Of a DNA stretch of 64,000 nucleotides, positions 60,301 through 64,000 are shown one piece after another (position 1 is the first letter of the stretch; each line of letters starts with the position of its first letter). The position numbers and the translations under genes were made by a program. The stretch is from Zygnema circumcarinatum SAG 698-1b. Taxonomy: Eukaryota > Plantae > Zygnematophyceae. The stretch lies in the NCBI GenBank assembly GCA_037447605.1, contig CM074804.1:3449909-3513908 (forward strand). Direction: 5' to 3'. Below the pieces are notes generated by a model. The model was given only the letters and a program-made list of their open reading frames with translations. It was not told where the DNA came from and searched no databases.

Positions 60301-63147
60301 GAAATTGCGCAGATTCAGCGGTTAGGCGCACAGCTGGATCAAGAGCTGCGCGAGATGGATGAAGAGATCAAAAGTTTGAGTGCACAGCTCAGCGAAAAGC
60401 AGCTCACGATCAGGAAGCTTGAAGATGAGAGGGTATGTCATAGTCCACACATGTATGGCACGGAAGGAAATCTTCTGAGCCTAACCCTGCCAAGCGTTGC
60501 TACTCTCGACATGACAATCTTACATTCGCATCTTTTTTCCTGGCAACCTTTCGTTGACCAAAAACGTGATGTTCTCAAAAATTTTGAATCTGCTTGTGTG
60601 ATGGAATTTTTTTCTACGATGTGAAATGAACTGTCTCTGACATTAAGAACTTGGAACTTGTTCAATCGAAAGATTGCTGAAGGCTTGTTGAGAATAGCTG
60701 AACAAGACTTAGGAAGTGTGTCCGTGCTGAAAAATTAGATAAGGGAACAACTAAAAGGTTGGATGTGACTGCATGGGAGAGTACTGAGAATTCGCGTGTG
60801 GTTGCGTGCAAGGGTTGCAGTTGAACTTGAGCAGAAAATTTGCTGCTGCCAAAAAGGGCATTAAGGAGCTTGAAGCAAAAGTTGGTAAGTACACATAGTG
60901 CTTATTGGAAGAGTTTTTTTTCATCTAGTATTCAGAATTGCAGTTGATAGCCATTTCCTTGAACAAGATTTGGCGGATTTTGCTTGTTTTTCAAGTCGAA
61001 TGGATTGTTTGATATGGGTATTGCGTAAGGTCTTTCTTCGAACAAGCCATAGCGTTGGATTGCACATATCCTCATTTAGGTCAATTTCTGTTTTGCATAC
61101 AGAGAGAATGAAGAATATGGTGGAAAATCTCCAAAATGCCAACGATCCTACGTTGGCTCAGGACAAGCTTAGAAACGTTATCAAGAGCCTCAATCTGCAG
61201 CGTGTGAAGAAAACTCTAGGAATGCAGGTCAGTGGATTGCAACATATCAATTCCCTTCATTTTGTATCGGCTCCTTTTTCAGGACTGTTGGGCTGAAATG
61301 TGTTGATTTGGTGGTCTAGACCTAACCCTTCCCTTGCCGCTCTCATGCTTCGTCAAGTTGTGGCCAATGCAGAGACAACTTGTCGATATTGGAAACAAAC
61401 AAAAGCAATTGGCTCTCGCGGAACTGGCAAAGGTTGAATTTGCAGCCAAGGTGAGTTTATCAAATGCTGATGGTGTTTCTCCAGAAAGGCTACAATATGG
61501 GTCTGTGTTAAGCAAAGCCATGTTGATTGAAACTCGTTGCGCGTGTCCTGCAGGTGGGCGAGCTGGAAGGCCTCTACAAGTTGAAAGAAGAGGAATTCAA
61601 GGCTCGCCAAAAGCGATGTGAAGAATGTGAGCTGAACTGCAATATCCCATCGTTTGCTGAAAGAAAGGCTGACCCTTAATCTTCGGAGCTGCTTAACCGC
61701 CGGTACTGATCATAGACCACTGTGTTACGTATTGGCTCCCAGTTGAAGTCGAATATGCGCGTCTAAAACAGGAGCTTCGCCGAGCACTCGATGAAGGCAA
61801 CAAAGTGGTTGATTTAAGAAATAGACCGGATGTTCAAGAGCTTTTTAAAACTGTAAGCCCCACATGCGACAGGCTGCATGCTGTGCATGTTGCTGCTCGT
61901 TCCAATAGCAGTTAGGAATGGTTCACATTTCTGGAGTGAAGCGAAAGCAATTGTTTCTGCCCTTGTTTGGGAACATTTCTCAGTCATGACGGTTCTAGGT
62001 TGATTGAAAATGCTCATACGTCAATGTTTTCTGCTCACAACAATCGCAATGGTGTTCTGAAACGTCATGCATTCACAACGTGGCTAATATTTTATGCAGT
62101 TTTTGGTCGCTTCTCCTCTCCAGGCTTGCAAGCACATTGTAATCATTGCTGGTGCTATTTGCAGATTCCTGACACTTTGGAGGACCTGCAAGCGGCCATC
62201 CGGGAAGTTGTGGAGGAAGCCAACGCAATCCTTTGTCGGAATCCGCAGGTGGTGGAGGAGTACGAAAGGAGGCAGACTCAGGTAACCCACGCTTGCAGGC
62301 TACAGAGCCTCATCATCATGATCTCAGCAATAAGCTGTCTTAATCATGAACGTAATTATTGGTATGTGCTCTTCTGGAAGCAGTTATCCTTTACCTTCAG
62401 GTACCCAAACCAAGCGTTTCTAAGTCTTGAGGCAGGGGAAAAGTTGAGTTGGGTGGATAGTTGACACACAATGCCCACGCTGTAGTTTTACTGAAGGATT
62501 CAAAGATTGCCTTTGGGAAAGGGGTGGCGCACTTGTCTTGTTGAAGCGTTCTCCACAAGAATTCTGTAACTTTGTTCAGCGTCATCCCGTATAACCGGGT
62601 CTAGTTCTGTGCGCTCAGTGCTTCATAGTTAAATTCACAAGCTCGCCTTCCATCCTTGCTCAACTGAAAGTCACTTTTTGGCATTTGCTGGATGGGTGGG
62701 CTGCGTAGATCAATGACCTAGAGGAAAAGCTCGACGCGGAGAGATCTGATCTGGAGAAGATTAGGGTGGACATCGAATCAATCAAGGTACTCCCGAATCG
62801 GTTACTCAATGCACCTTCCGAGCCGGAACCCTCTTCACGACTAGTCGGACACCTAGCAATGTAGCCCACGCATCTTGATGTGCAGTGTTTCAACCACTCT
62901 TCGCAGGACTGCCTTCCTCTCGATTGCAGTTTCCCCCTCCCTTTGAGTGCTCGGCCTGTTGACCGCAGAGTGCGTGGCTCCACCGCCTGCGAGGGCTTGT
63001 GCGCACAATCGACGAGGCCTTCAGTCGGAACTTTGCGCAGATGGCGGTGGCAGGGGAAGTGAGCCTTGGTAAGGGCAGCTCGCCTTCCCCCTTCGTGCAG
63101 TGGGCAGTATTTGATTTGTATTTGCTGGGTTCACCTTTTCATTCGTA

Positions 63148-63192
<45 letters not shown>

Positions 63193-64000
63193 GTCTCTGT
63201 CTGTCTGTCTGTCTGTCTCTCTCTAAGTGTTCTGATAGTTGGAGGTCCAACAAAAATTACTGTTCGAGCAAGACGAACTAGTTTTACGAAATAAAAACCT
63301 CAACCTCAATTGGTAATGGACATGATGAACAGTGCTGCTCATTCTCTATGGTTGGTCCCTGAAGTGACAAAGCTAACCAGTTCTGAGTATCCCTATCTGA
63401 AGGCCCACGATAGAAGGCCACTTCAACTGATGGGTTCATTTTCTAATGTGATGCTGCAGAAGAGCATGATTCGGATTTTGCCAATTACGGAATCCTCATC
63501 AAAGTGAAATTCAGGTATCTGTCTTCTTGCCACCGCTAATCTTTGCATCTTTTCACAATGTCTCAAACCCCTAGGCATCTGACAAGAGGAAGAGGTGCAT
63601 TGCCCACTTGCTTCACTTGGACTCAAACAACAAGGAAGACAGTATGTTTGTATTCTTAAATTGGTTTAGGTGTATCGGTGTCTTCTGTATTTCTGGATTG
63701 ATTTATCTTCATATCGGTGCTTATATTGTACTCCTGTAGAAATGGAGAAGAATTTTGCCATGCTATGCTTTAAGATTCACAAGTTTTCCAATATTTGAAA
63801 ACACGAAGTTGCAAAAAAGAAAAAACTTGTATGTCTTGTTCAGTTGGAACACTATAGTCGTGCACGAGAGTTACTGGTTAAGCCACATACATGGGAAGCT
63901 GAGGTCCTTTGATGTAACCTTTTCAAACATTTCACCGGTGGGGATATGCAGAGAGGCTGGGCAACTGCAAATCCTCAGCGCGCAGCATCAGTCAGGAGGG
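54380..64000 (+). CDS. SMC5: Structural maintenance of chromosomes protein 5; 3' end beyond the right edge
   Basis: [51 protein letters not shown] (Walker A) / LLGRATNIGDYV.RG / FNIQVGNLTQFLPQDKVCEFAKL / FGPVAIEV / AFITTCEEDRDLL (hinge) / coiled coils / IDEAFSRNFAQMAVAGEVSL. The Walker B exons are not in the window. Confidence 0.96.
63153..63223. repeat. (TC)n/(TCTG)n compound microsatellite in an SMC5 intron
   Basis: Read directly. Confidence 0.9.

Overview
Gene-dense, intron-rich eukaryotic nuclear DNA, with no prokaryotic features. The proteins (plant-type PP7, GPAT9, organellar YchF, SRC2-like C2 protein) and the 5S sequence suggest a non-seed streptophyte, either a charophyte/zygnematophyte-type alga or a bryophyte; this is inference. 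I reconstructed 13 protein-coding loci by hand from splice sites, in order: kelch-repeat protein (-, runs off the left edge), aldose 1-epimerase (+), PP7 phosphatase (-), LRR protein (+), UBC4/5/6-type E2 (+), CRAL-TRIO protein (+), C2/proline-rich protein (-), a small spliced 64-aa ORF (-), organellar YchF ATPase (+), GPAT9 (-), an unknown polyQ protein (+), APRT (+), D-2-hydroxyglutarate dehydrogenase (-), and SMC5 (+, runs off the right edge). Four observations stand out. (1) A ~1.74-kb near-perfect palindrome (52444-54185) fills the D2HGDH/SMC5 divergent promoter. It carries two convergent 5S rRNA copies and 139/151-bp tandem repeats, and the 5S cores differ more than their non-coding flanks. 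(2) The polyQ protein contains an apparent RFX-type winged-helix domain, a family generally regarded as absent from plants, and lies next to arrays of GTTGCC/GGCAAC (X-box half-site-like) motifs. (3) YchF has a tandemly duplicated, in-phase P-loop exon that looks like a mutually exclusive exon under protein-level selection. (4) A dispersed repeat family with a conserved GATGGC-N3-GCCATC hairpin sits at the palindrome apex and in two other intergenic regions. All coordinates and mismatch counts are manual.
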